From Guillardia theta CCMP2712 (lineage: Eukaryota; Protista; Cryptophyta): a stretch of DNA of 54,328 nt. The stretch's first letter is position 1. Every line of letters starts with the position of its first letter. The notes under the pieces were generated by a model that saw nothing but the letters and a program-made list of their open reading frames with translations, was not told the origin of the DNA and made no database searches. The stretch is taken from assembly GCF_000315625.1 (NCBI RefSeq), contig NW_005434623.1, positions 410,768 to 465,095 on the forward strand, read 5' to 3'. A program made the translations under genes and the position numbers. This document shows positions 40,636 through 52,270 of this stretch, in pieces.

Positions 40636-42041
40636 ATGGCACTCGTTGCTGCTGGAGGAAACGACGGTCAGCTCATCACCAGACCGGGCGAAGCTCCTCT
40701 CCCCAACTGCCTTGCACGATTGATCCAGGTCAGAGAGACGTGGCTGTGTGGGAGGAGGCGATCTCACATGGGGCAGAACAAGCATCAGATTGTGGTGGAC
40801 GCGCTGCCTTACATTGACAAGGAGTATGATAACCCGCACTATCGACAAGTTGTGGATAGGTTGCTTACTTCACATTGATTCTCCCTTCTATCTGCGTTTG
40901 TTTTTTCTGTTCTCCTCCTCGTGTCTCGAAGCGGCTCTCCTTCATTCGAAGTGCATCACTAGTCCTTGACCCCCTCCTTCTTGTTGTTGACGCTGTGCTG
41001 AGTTCATGTGTGGGAGCGATGTTTGCGCTGACAGAAGATTGAAGGATGGTAGAGGAAGAGATGGAGTCATTTGCGCCGGAAGATTACATCTCCTCCCTGC
41101 CGCCGGTAAACCATGCTCGAGGAACAGTGCAGGACCTGATACCTTTCCCAAGATTCCCGCCCTGTCTTTGCCCGAAGGAAGCGCCTTGCGTGCAGAATAT
41201 GACAGAATGATGCAAGACGAGGAGTACAAGTTCGCTGAGTTTGATATGTCAAGGTGAGCATAACAAGGTCAATCCGTGTGCTGTTGATATCTGCAATCTC
41301 TGTTCATTTCTACCAGATGTTTTCTTGTCAGTGATGATTGTGTGGTTTCAGGTATGAGTGCCATGCGCCGCAAGGGAAAGATGCTGCAGATCCTGAGAAA
41401 TGGAAGGAGGTGAGCAACAGACCTCGGGCGATGTCAGTCGGCCCGACTGATGCTTGTCCTTGTAGGCTGTCCGCACTGCCCAGGCTCACCACGAGCTCAC
41501 CACAGCGCGAGGGGTAAAGTTGCTGCTGTTTGCCTTGCTGTCGCTCATTCATCCTTGCAGTACAACTCCGAGATGCTCGCCCAACATGGCTCGAACGCCT
41601 GGAGAGCTTACAACTCGGTGAGCCGTGCCATGCTGCCGCCTGCTAGCAGGATGACACGAGTGAAGGGCCTTGAAGACTTGAATCAAGTCTACAAATTCGA
41701 AAACGACCAGATGAAGGCCAAGGTAAAGCCTCCCCCCGTCGGCTGCCCGTCTGACAAGCAACTGGAGGTGGTGGAGATCAACAGGAAGAGAATGGCAGAC
41801 CAGCTCATGATGGAGAACAAGATCAGGCGCTTGAGCGAAAGGTGCGCATAAACGTGTTTCTTGCTCTCAATGACGCATGCTTGCAGATATCAGTTGGCTG
41901 TGACCAAGAACATGCGCATTGAAGCAGAATGCATCAGGTTTGCGAGGTGAGCAACCGTGCTGTGAAGATTCTTACGCCTCATGGAGGTTGGAGAAAGAGC
42001 TGGGGATCTCGAACGAAGAGACTACAGGCGAATCGTCCTAA
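40636..42041 (+). CDS. BCAS2: Pre-mRNA splicing factor SPF27/BCAS2 (NTC/Prp19 complex), many short introns
   Basis: VDALPYIDKEY; EYDRM..FDMSRYE; DPEKWKE; MLAQHGSNAWRAYN; EINRKRMADQ; KNMRIEAECI.LEKEL. Confidence 0.88.
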
Positions 42042-42627
42042 GCTGGAGGGAACGCAAGAGTTAAAGGGGAATGCGAAAGAATGATGATAGAACTGTTCTA
42101 GCAGCTCAACTGTAGTCATCTTTGCCATGATCAGGAGCCGGGATGATTGAATGATAAGTTATTTCTAGGCTAGTATATCCGATACCGATGGAGAGAGCAC
42201 CGCAGTAGTAGGCAGGCCCACTCCTCCGACTCGGATCTCGTAACGGGCTGTAACCAAGTTTTGTAGTGCATCTCAGTGACTTAGCGCTGGCCCTCAGCCG
42301 GACCGGGCCGGACCCGGCGATCGGCCGGGCCGGGCCCGGCCCGGGCATGATGATCACTGGAAGTTGACTGTAATCCCATTGACTATCAAGCCGTAACTGC
42401 TTGACTATGGTCGTGCAAACGGTATTGGACGAGAAAATGCGGTGAGGTGCCAGGAAAGAGGGAGAACGAAGCGAGGAGAGAGGGAGAGATAGAGAGGAGA
42501 GAGGAGAGCTTGAAGAGGATCGTCCGATCAACTTGCTGCATCATCGGTAGTGTAGGGTTGTCGTTGGAAGACGGCCATAAGAGGAAGCGAAGGAGGATAA
42601 GGCGGCGGCCTCGGGTTTACAGCAAGG

Positions 42628-44536
42628 ATGGTTTCATGTTCAGGCATCGCTGGCAAAGTCGTCATCATCCTGCAGTTGATGGTGATGACCTCGGCAGATT
42701 ACAAGACAGGGAAATTCGCAATGCCGAGCAGCCCTCTGCCGATCCATGCACATTGCGACCTCGTCCGACTGCCGCGCGGGGTGGGAGATCTTTCAATGCG
42801 GTTGCGAGGAGGCAAGGATCCTGAGCCCGTCGGTGAGCCACTCACACACACCTTGACACGTGTCAAAGACTGATGCTCTTGATCGCCACAGGTGACATGC
42901 TGAACTCGATCAGTCAGAACATGCAAAAGTGGCAGCAGGATTCCATGAAGTTTGTGGAGCGCATCGAAGTGCCGAGGATGGGGAAAGAAGCCCAGCAGGT
43001 CTTGTCCGACGCATCTCGAGCTTGCAGCAATGCGCTGGATGCTGTGCCAGGAGGGAAGGCGGCCAAGAACTTCTTCCTTGTTCCATGGTTGAACTTCAGG
43101 CAGAACGATCCCATCCTGAGCGAACGAGTCGCCTGCTCTGTTGCTGCCGTTGTCTCCTACGTGTGCGTGCTGCAGCTCGGTCAAGGGATCAGCCTAGCAG
43201 CAAAGATTTCTCACTACACATCCAAGGGTCTTCCCGCTAGCGTCATCGGCTTCAACTCGGTGGCTGTTGCTGGACTGGTTGCTGGGGAGGCATCACACAA
43301 TATGTACCAGACGCTGCGTTCCAACGCGCCGAGGTAGGAGAAGGGAAGTTTGTAAGCCACAATGACGTGTCATGTTGATGCTGACAGGCTCTACGGCCGC
43401 CGACCGGCTCCTTCTCGCGAGCGGAGCAACATCGACCGCCTGCAAGGTGACACGAGTCATGTGAGATCGAGAAGCCACATGACGCAAGTCTTTGCCGTCA
43501 GACCTGTTCTTTTCTCTGATCTTCTACAAGCTCATTCTCCGAGGAGCTTTCCGCACGATCGCTCCGACAGATCTGACAAAGCCAGGTCAACCTCTGCTGC
43601 GCGAGCAGGCGCGTTGACCCCCTTATCCTCCCCTGCAGGCGTGTTTGCGCGCGAGTGGGTTGAGACAAGAGGAGAGAACTACGCCACTTATGGTCAACGA
43701 GTTCGTGTCGGACAAGGTCAGACTGCCTGCCCTGGTGCCGCATCGGCTGACTGGGATGGTTCACAACAGTCGGCTGGAAGAGAGGATGTCATCATTGCGG
43801 GGTGAGATGCGCTCGTGTCCTCCCATTGACCTCGAGGCCTCCTTGATATACATGGCAGTCTCGCTTTCCTGGTGGAGTGCTCGGGCTGACCAAGAAGTGG
43901 ATCTGCGATCATCAGCCTCCAAACAAGATCGTCTCCCTCGGAGAGAGCCAGCGGTTCTATCCTCACTGTCGGGTATGCTTACTCGTCCGCCGTCTCACCC
44001 TCCTCCTCCCCTCCTTCTTCCTTCCTAGACCTCACAACAAGGGCAGGGTTGCTCACAGGCTCAATCCCTCACCTTGCGAGGACTGAGAAGTCCGTTCCGG
44101 CTGCACTGGCCATCTGGTCCTTCCATCTTCGGGGTATCCCAACACTGCCTGGCAAGCCACTGCCCCTCCCTCCTGACATAACACTTGCAGGCGTCTTTCC
44201 TGAGTATCCACCCGCTCATCGACTGGGCTAGCGACGTTTTCACCGGGAAGAAACAGCCGGAGCCTCGAGGACGAGTCGGTTACAAGAGGCCCAAGGAATC
44301 TGTCTTCGATGACTCGCCCAGCTCGTTTGGGGGGCTGAGCAAGGAGGACTCGACCAGCAGCTACGTGACCAAGCTGCCAAAGGTCAGACTACGAGCTGAT
44401 TCAATCACTTTTGTCACAGCTGACACGTTCGGATGTGACTCGACAGGCTATGAACTTTCAAAGGAAGAAGCGACAGTCGGAAGACTTTGACTGGAACACC
44501 GTAGACCACATCGAGAAGGATGAAGTTTGGAGATAA
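42628..44536 (+). CDS. Signal-peptide/LRGG membrane protein with Zn-binding HNH-like nuclease motif
   Basis: Hydrophobic N-terminus, MRLRGG, two hydrophobic helices, then spliced GWKRGCHHCG..WICDHQPP..QRFYPHCRGCSQAQ; ends KDEVWR*. Confidence 0.7.
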
Positions 44537-44589
44537 TCACACGGCCCTGCCAGTATCACTTGTATCCGATGATCATCGCGGACATCATT

Positions 44590-44900
44590 CACTACAGCGC
44601 CCGCCGCCGCGCTCACTGCCAGCCAGGCTGGCTGCCACTCAGCGGCCGGGCCGCGGCATTCAATGATTGAATCAGCCAGGCCCGCCGGGCCGCTGCCGGC
44701 ACTCTCAGTCCGACCCCGGGCCCGGGCCGGCGGCGCGAGTCACTGAGTCGCCACTCGACTCAGTCGCGGATCTCAGCCTGTCCTCCGGCCCGGGGGCCGG
44801 CCGCGGCGGCCGGGCTCCGGGAGCCTCGGAGCGGCCCGGCTGGCCGCGGCCACTGCCGTGAGCACGGCGGGCCCGGCGGCCAGTTGTACGGTCCGATCAC
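44590..44900. other. CCGG-rich intergenic island followed by GGGGT-rich tract (44930-45190)
   Basis: Composition as in the other islands. Confidence 0.65.
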
Positions 44901-45367
44901 TCACGGTGATTGTACGTGCGATGGGAAATAAAATGGGGGACGGGTGGTGGAGATAGGTAGGGGATGAGCTCGGGGAATGTGCCGGAAAGAAGGGGAACTG
45001 AAGGGATATTGGGGGACAAGGAGGGGGTGGGGTAATGAGTCACTGCTGTAGGGGTAGTGCTCAATGCTGGGGTAGGGGGTAGGGCGGACCCTTCATTTTT
45101 CAATAAACAAGAGGACTAGCAAGAGACCCTTTTGGGGGTGGGTGGTCAATAGTACTTTCACCAAGACGGGAGAGGGGTAGGTGAAGTTTGTAGAGAATTA
45201 TCGAGAACAAGTTTTGTTCTTCATGATGTAGTGTAAATTTCAAATTTTAGAACATCATTATGTGCGACTCTGATAAGACTCGGAGAACCTCCAAGCAGTA
45301 AGACCCTTGCCGCGAAAGATCTAGTGAAGTGAAAAGAATCTACGCAAACTCTAGTCTGCCTTCCAAC

Positions 45368-46875
45368 ATGTCTGGGGCATTGCAAATTGATGCGACAAGA
45401 GGAGGAGAAGAAGAGAGGAAGAGGCGATGTGAGGAGGAGATGCTGAGTAGATGAGGCGGTATCAGAGAGGGAAAGGATAGAATGCTGAGAATTGAACATC
45501 GCGATACAAATGGTTGCCTTTGGCGGATTTTGATCACCTTGCAGAACCATTTTCCTGAACGATACCATAGATTGAGCAATAGCAATAAGGCATGATGTCA
45601 GAACCGTGCACTGACATTGTTCCTTGTTGATGACAGGAATATGTCTGTAGAACCCACTCTGTCATCATGTCAGGCGGTAAAGTTCCCTTCATGCCCATGT
45701 GGGCTGTTGTTTGACACCCAGTTCAGTGCATCAATGCTTCTCGGATCGAGCAGAAGAGCGTTTGTTTCTATCCATCAACGGGTGATACTCTCTCGATCGT
45801 GCTATGGAACAACAGCCACTCACAATACCTTGGCCAGCTTCAGGGAAATCAGAAGTAGTCCAACACTTGGTGTGCAATTCGAACAAGGGTCAGTTCTGTT
45901 GCCCGACGTCGGTGAGAGAGTGAATGGTTTTTGAGTTTAGTTGGCTGACACGATCATGCAGGTTAGTGGCATCTCTTACACCTGCGGAGCAGCGTATCTG
46001 AAGTGCAAGTGCATCGATCCGAGGTGTTCATCGGGTCATGCAGAAGCAAGCATGTCTATCCTTGATATTCTTATTCCGGGTGAGCAAATGTGTTTATATC
46101 TCTTGCTTCTTCTCATCCTGTCTACTTTCTGCTTTATCAACTCTTGTCTACACCAGTTTTATCCTATTTGACTTACGGTCCGCTTTCCCTTCAGTGTTCC
46201 TTATCGTCTCAATAGTGGCCTGTATTGTATCCTATCGGAGAAGGTGCTGCTTCTAGACTGAGATGCTTTTCTGACGGCATCGCAGACAACAAATGTTGCG
46301 CTATCAGAGTTACCCAGATATGGAGATGTCGAATATGCCTGGCAATGGAGGGATTCCTTACGCTCAGGTGACTCTCCTCACCCCCTGCGTCTAGGAGGAA
46401 CGCTTACTAGATCGCAGCCCTACTATGGTCAACCCTACGCCAACGGTGCTCCGCCATCGTATGGGCAGGTTGTGGGAGCGCCGATGTATCAGGTGATGTG
46501 ATTGCGTCTTGTGCGATCTGCTTACTCTTAGTCATCTGCCACATGTTGATGACTCTGCGTACAGAATTCCGGGATGTCGGCTGGGACTGCTGGAATGTTG
46601 GGGGTCGGTGCAGGTTGGAAATAGAAGCTCAAACTCATCTTGATGGCGATATAATATCTTCTCTCCCTACAGGAATGCTCGGTGGGATGATGATAGGGAA
46701 TGCCATGGCTTCGCACGATCACTATGGTGAAGCAGTTTTGTAGTTCTTTCTCCCTCTTGACCGTCGCGTCCCAGGACACCATGGCATTCAGCCAAACATG
46801 AATGCTCAGCCACCTGCTGAGGTCAATGGAGATGCGGGTTTCGACGCCGGTGGCGACATCGGCGGCGACTTTTAA
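45368..46875 (+). CDS. Small single-pass membrane protein: Cys-rich ectodomain, TM, Pro/Tyr/Gly-rich tail with PPSY; start uncertain
   Basis: Exons VCNSNKGQFCCP, YTCGAAYLKCKCIDPRC, ILDILIPVFLIVSIVACIVSYRR, PYYGQPYANGAPPSYGQ, GMLGGMMIGNAM, GFDAGGDIGGDF*. Confidence 0.65.
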
Positions 46876-47199
46876 CTCAGGCGTTTGCGTGAATGATCAG
46901 TGAGATCACAGCAGACTATGGTAGTGTGGATTGCTGTCAGGCTGCTTGCCAGCTCAACCTGGCCGGCCTCAGTGTTGACCAACCTGGCCGGCCTGTTGAG
47001 ATGCTGACTGAGTTAGCCTCTAGTACAGTACTTCTAAATTTGTTTCAAACGTTCATGTACATAAAGCAGAAATTTTCATGTGCTGCCCAAGTTAAAGCCC
47101 GGCCTGTTTGAAGTATCATGCCGGTGATGGCTTGTATTTAGAGGCTATCATGTATTACTAGTTATACAACAGTAGGCTGGCCGCGCACAACTTGGCAAC

Positions 47200-47695
47200 T
47201 TGAAGCCGCTGACTCTGTCCGACGTTCCGGGCAGCCTGCGGCGGCTCCGAGTCCGACAGTTTCGGAAGTTCATCACCGTCTGACCGGCCGTAGTAGCGCC
47301 GGGGCCCGGTGCCACGGTGACTGAGTGCGGACGCCCCGTCGGACGGACTCTGGAATCGGAACCGAGGCTGAGCTGCCGAGCCTCGGGTCACAGACTGGGA
47401 GCGGCGGCGGAGCCTTACCGGGCCGCCGGCCTGCCACTGGGCCGCCGAGTCAGCTCACTGAGTCATAGCCTGGGTACGGGCAGTACCGGGGTCACGGTCA
47501 GCCACTGCGGCCGGTGACCGGGCGACCGGGAGTCCCGGAGGGGCCCGGGCCTCCCGCCCGGTGACCGCGGCCGCGGCCCCCGGGGCCGGGCCCGCCGACA
47601 GACTCCGGCCCGCCGGACTCCGGGGGCCCGGGAACTCAGAGTGCGGCCCGCCGCCGGCGGACTCCGGGAACTCGGAACTTCGGAACTGGCAGCAT
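47200..47695. other. CCGG-rich intergenic island
   Basis: Composition as in the other islands. Confidence 0.65.
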
Positions 47696-47938
47696 GAGAT
47701 GACCCCTACCTTCCTGGTATAGTAGAATCAAGGGGTGATGGGGTGTAAATACCCCACCCACCTTGAACTTGGACGGAGATATGTGGTCAGAACCACCCGT
47801 TCTAATAACTTTTTCCTTTCCACCCACCCATACATACTTGTACCCTCCTTGTTTACTGGGATGGCATGTGTACCCCATATTTCTAGCATGATAACACCCC
47901 TACTACTGGGATCTCACCACAACCCCACCCTCACCTTC

Positions 47939-48993
47939 ATGGAACCAGGCATATTGAAAGCGCCTATGCACTTGAGCGCGCTTCTCTTCGTCTCTATGGC
48001 CGCAGCTGCCAGCTGCTTCCTTCCTGGCTCCCCCTCTCCCCCTCTTGAGTTTCCCAGGTCCGTCTCCTCCTCTTCCTCCACTCCACTCTCCTGCTCCAAG
48101 GCATTCGCTCCCTCTGCTCTACCTTGTTCCACTTCCTCTCGTCTTGCGTCCTTTCCCTGGCATCGCTCTGCCTCCGCCAGCAACATGAGGAGAACTTTCA
48201 CGACTCGCGCGGGACGAGAACGACAAGGAAACATTCCATGCAGGATGAGTCTGGGTGATGGATCGAGCGGTCAACTGAAGCTACCCTGCGATCTCTACGA
48301 CTTGGAGTCAGAATTGAAGCTTGCAGTGAAGCTGGAGGATTATGGGAAAGCAGCAAAGGTACGAGACGAGCTGAAGAAGGCGAGGGAAGGAGATGAAGTA
48401 GCGAAGCTCCTGCTTGAGCTGGGTGAGTCTGTCAACAAGCAAGACTTCGACAAGGCCTCGGCCATCAAGCAGAAGCTCTCCGACGCGGTGTCCTCCCGTT
48501 CCCTCGGAGTGATGGAGAAGAGGAGAAGCGCGCGAGTCAACCGCCTGCTCGTCATGACACGTGAGGGAAAGCTGCTCACCTGCCGTCCTGACGGAGGAAG
48601 CATCGTCCCCGTCGGCAACAGCATGGACAAGGCCCAGTTCCTTCAGCCAACGTGGAGTCCTGGAGGCGACCTCATAGTAGCCGCCAAGATCGTGAGGAGG
48701 AGGGCGGAGGGAGTTTGGAGGTGTCGTGACTTGAGTTGAAGGAGATTCCACCGGATGGAAAGCCCTTGAAGATCAAAGAGAGTGTGATCGAGATCTTTTG
48801 GGCCCTCGATGGGACAAAGCTGGTTGAAGTCTCGGCCCCCTTCATTCCTTTCTATTACTTCTGGCTGGTGAGATTCCAAATCCTCGCGATGATGAGATAA
48901 TGCCAGTATGATGATGGAGAGGAGGAGGAGGAGGAGGAGAAGGAGGAGGAGAAGGAGAAAGAGAAGGATGAGGATGAGCTCATTAGGAAAAGG

Positions 48994-49057
<64 letters not shown>

Positions 49058-49918
49058 CAATGAAGAGTTAGGGCACGGTGATGGTGATGGTGACGATGAA
49101 GCATACTGTTTGGAGAGCATGACCTGTTTGCCAGCCGGACTCGAGGGGTTTGGTCTACCTCACGACATATGCGGACGGTCCCGCGCAGGCGGTGAGACGA
49201 AAGATGATGTTGAAGTCTCGACTGACATGAGATGAAGGGCTGGCAAGTGTCCATGGACATCCTTCGAGTGTTTGCAGGCGACGAGCGAGGGCTGCTTCCT
49301 GTGAGAAAAGAGATCGAGGAGCGTGGGAGGGAGGGAGAGGGGAGAGGGGAGGAGGGGGAGAACGTCTTAAGGTTCTGCAGAGTGGATCTATCATGCACCT
49401 GGAAGAAGGTGCTCCTCTCTTCGTCTGCCCCTCCCCGCGAGACAAAAGGATCCTCATGCACATTGGGAACAAGCAGAAGGTCCCGGAGAGCTGCTGCCGC
49501 TGGCATGTTGACATGAACGTTCAGGTTGCTGTGATCGAGCCGCTCTCTCTTGATGGGCAGGAAGTGATCTTGTCCTCGCGCCCTGGTGCTTTCAGGTTGT
49601 GCGGACCTCGATCTCGCACGCCTTCCTTGTGCTCGGATCGTAGTGATGTAGTGGAGGGTGTTGTGGAGATGATGTTGATGTTTCTTGTGTTTGTTTGTGA
49701 CGATCTTGTTTTGTTTGACTTGCTCCTTGTGTTGTCATCAGCTTCTTTCACTCCTTCTCCAGTTCCACTTGCTTCATTCTCACAGAGATGATGCGAATTT
49801 GTCCAGGTGCCCTCAATGGTTTCCCATCAAAGGAGAGAACGGCGAGGAGCTCGTGGCGTTCGTCGAGAGGTCCAACACAGGTGGGCCCTTGATGCTTTAT
49901 CATCATCACCACCACCAT

Positions 49919-49970
<52 letters not shown>

Positions 49971-51991
49971 TTGCTGGTGTTCACTCCAGTGCCCAGGGGA
50001 CTCGCAGTTTGTGGTTGTCGCGGATGCAAACAAAGGAGAGAGCAAGAAAGCGAGACGAGTGCTGACAGAAATCGAAGGGTAAGGCCGAAAACTGAGCAGG
50101 GTGCTGTGGAGGAAGCAGGGGGAGGACAGAGAAGGAGCGAGGAGAGGAGGAGGAAGAGGATGCAGTCAATGAGAACGTTGCAGGTTCGCTACCATCACAG
50201 TGAGTCCGGACGGGCAGAGAATGGCGCTGCTGGCCCGGTTGAAGAGAAACCTTGCGGTGAGAGAATGAGCAGCAGGCAGAAGAGGAGGAGGGAGGAGAGT
50301 GGCAGGTGGAGCGGAAGGGAAGGGAGAGAGGGGAGGAGAAGAGGAAGGGAAGCGGAGTCCACGGGGGAGGAGAGCAAGGAGCAGAGCTGGGCAAGGAGGA
50401 GGATGGAGTTCGGGGGTGGAGTACTAAGATCGCATGCTCAGGAGACATTGTCGATCATGGACGGACCTTTTGAGCTTTCGGAGGACCCCTGTGAGCTCCT
50501 CTTGATACCTGAGCTACCCCTCCTCCCCCTCGTCCCCCTCCCCCTCCTCCTCCTCCNNNNNNNNNNNNNNNNNNNNNNNNNNNNNNNNNNNNNNNNNNNN
50601 NNNNNNNNNNNNNNNNNNNNNNNNNNNNNNNNNNNNNNNNNNNNNNNNNNNNNNNNNNNNNNNNNNNNNNNNNNNNNNNNNNNNNNNNNNNNNNNNNNNN
50701 NNNNNNNNNNNNNNNNNNNNNNNNNNNNNNNNNNNNNNNNNNNNNNNNNNNNNNNNNNNNNNNNNNNNNNNNNNNNNNNNNNNNNNNNNNNNNNNNNNNN
50801 NNNNNNNNNNNNNNNNNNNNNNNNNNNNNNNNNNNNNNNNNNNNNNNNNNNNNNNNNNNNNNNNNNNNNNNNNNNNNNNNNNNNNNNNNNNNNNNNNNNN
50901 NNNNNNNNNNNNNNNNNNNNNNNNNNNNNNNNNNNNNNNNNNNNNNNNNNNNNNNNNNNNNNNNNNNNNNNNNNNNNNNNNNNNNNNNNNNNNNNNNNNN
51001 NNNNNNNNNNNNNNNNNNNNNNNNNNNNNNNNNNNNNNNNNNNNNNNNNNNNNNNNNNNNNNNNNNNNNNNNNNNNNNNNNNNNNNNNNNNNNNNNNNNN
51101 NNNNNNNNNNNNNNNNNNNNNNNNNNNNNNNNNNNNNNNNNNNNNNNNNNNNNNNNNNNNNNNNNNNNNNNNNNNNNNNNNNNNNNNNNNNNNNNNNNNN
51201 NNNNNNNNNNNNNNNNNNNNNNNNNNNNNNNNNNNNNNNNNNNNNNNNNNNNNNNNNNNNNNNNNNNNNNNNNNNNNNNNNNNNNNNNNNNNNNNNNNNN
51301 NNNNNNNNNNNNNNNNNNNNNNNNNNNNNNNNNNNNNNNNNNNNNNNNNNNNNNNNNNNNNNNNNNNNNNNNNNNNNNNNNNNNNNNNNNNNNNNNNNNN
51401 NNNNNNNNNNNNNNNNNNNNNNNNNNNNNNNNNNNNNNNNNNNNNNNNNNNNNNNNNNNNNNNNNNNNNNNNNNNNNNNNNNNNNNNNNNNNNNNNNNNN
51501 NNNNNNNNNNNNNNNNNNNNNTCCTTCCTCCTTTCCTCCTCCCCCCCTCCTCCTCCTCCTCCTCCTCCTCCCCTCCTCCTCCTCGTCTTCCTCCTCGTCT
51601 CACGATTCGCAACCCTACGGCAGGTCTACGACACCTTGACTGGAAGGAGCGTCCGCTTCGAGCACCACATGCCCTCACAGACCGTCCTCGCTTCCTACCT
51701 CCCGTTCTTCGATCAGTATGCTCTCTCGCATGCCGTATGGGTGAGCTTCCTCTACGTCCTCCTCCTCTCCTCTCCTTCTTTCACCTCTCCTCCCTCCTCC
51801 TCCTTTCGCTGCCCAAGCGCTGAGAGCTCTTTCAGTCCCCCGACAGCGACGCCTTCTGCTACGCTGGGGTCGGTATGGATGGAGCAGCGGGCGCGTGGGT
51901 GCAAGAGCTCCCCTCCTCCTTCGCCGAGAGTCCTCCTCCTCCTCGCCTCGTCATCAGCGGAGCAGAGACAGTTTCTTGGTCGCAGTGCTGA
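47939..51991 (+). CDS. Probably plastid-targeted protein with two UVR (UvrB/C) motifs and a TolB-like beta-propeller; spans an assembly gap
   Basis: MHLSALLFVSMAAAASC-F plus Ser/Arg-rich transit-like stretch; LESELKLAVKLEDYGKAAKVRDEL and a second UVR; QPTWSPGG; PFYYFW; YLPFFDQYALSHAVWSPDSDAFCYAG; ends VSWSQC*. Confidence 0.75.
50557..51521. other. Assembly gap (965 N)
   Basis: Run of N. Confidence 1.
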
Positions 51992-52270
51992 AGGATGAGA
52001 GCAGGCGAAGATGGAAGTGTCAAGAGTAGGGGAGAAGGAAGAAAGGAGGAAGAAAGGATTGAAGAAACAAAGTTCAAAGATGCTCGTTCAGTTTGTCTCT
52101 CCTCAGTTGGCATCGCAGCTGGACAGGCGGAGTTAAGGAAATGAAGAGAGTGCGATCAAGTGAACGAGGAGGAAGAAGCGTGGAGGAAAGATATGGGGGG
52201 GGGAGTGGGGGAGGCGGGGGAAGAAGAGGAGGGGCAGGAGGCAGTCAACAAGCTTCACTGCTGGTCAACT

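Noticed and set aside
49971-51998. 675-aa and 407-aa ORFs (also the ORFs at 12617-13612)
   Set aside because: Artefacts of translating through N gaps and simple repeats
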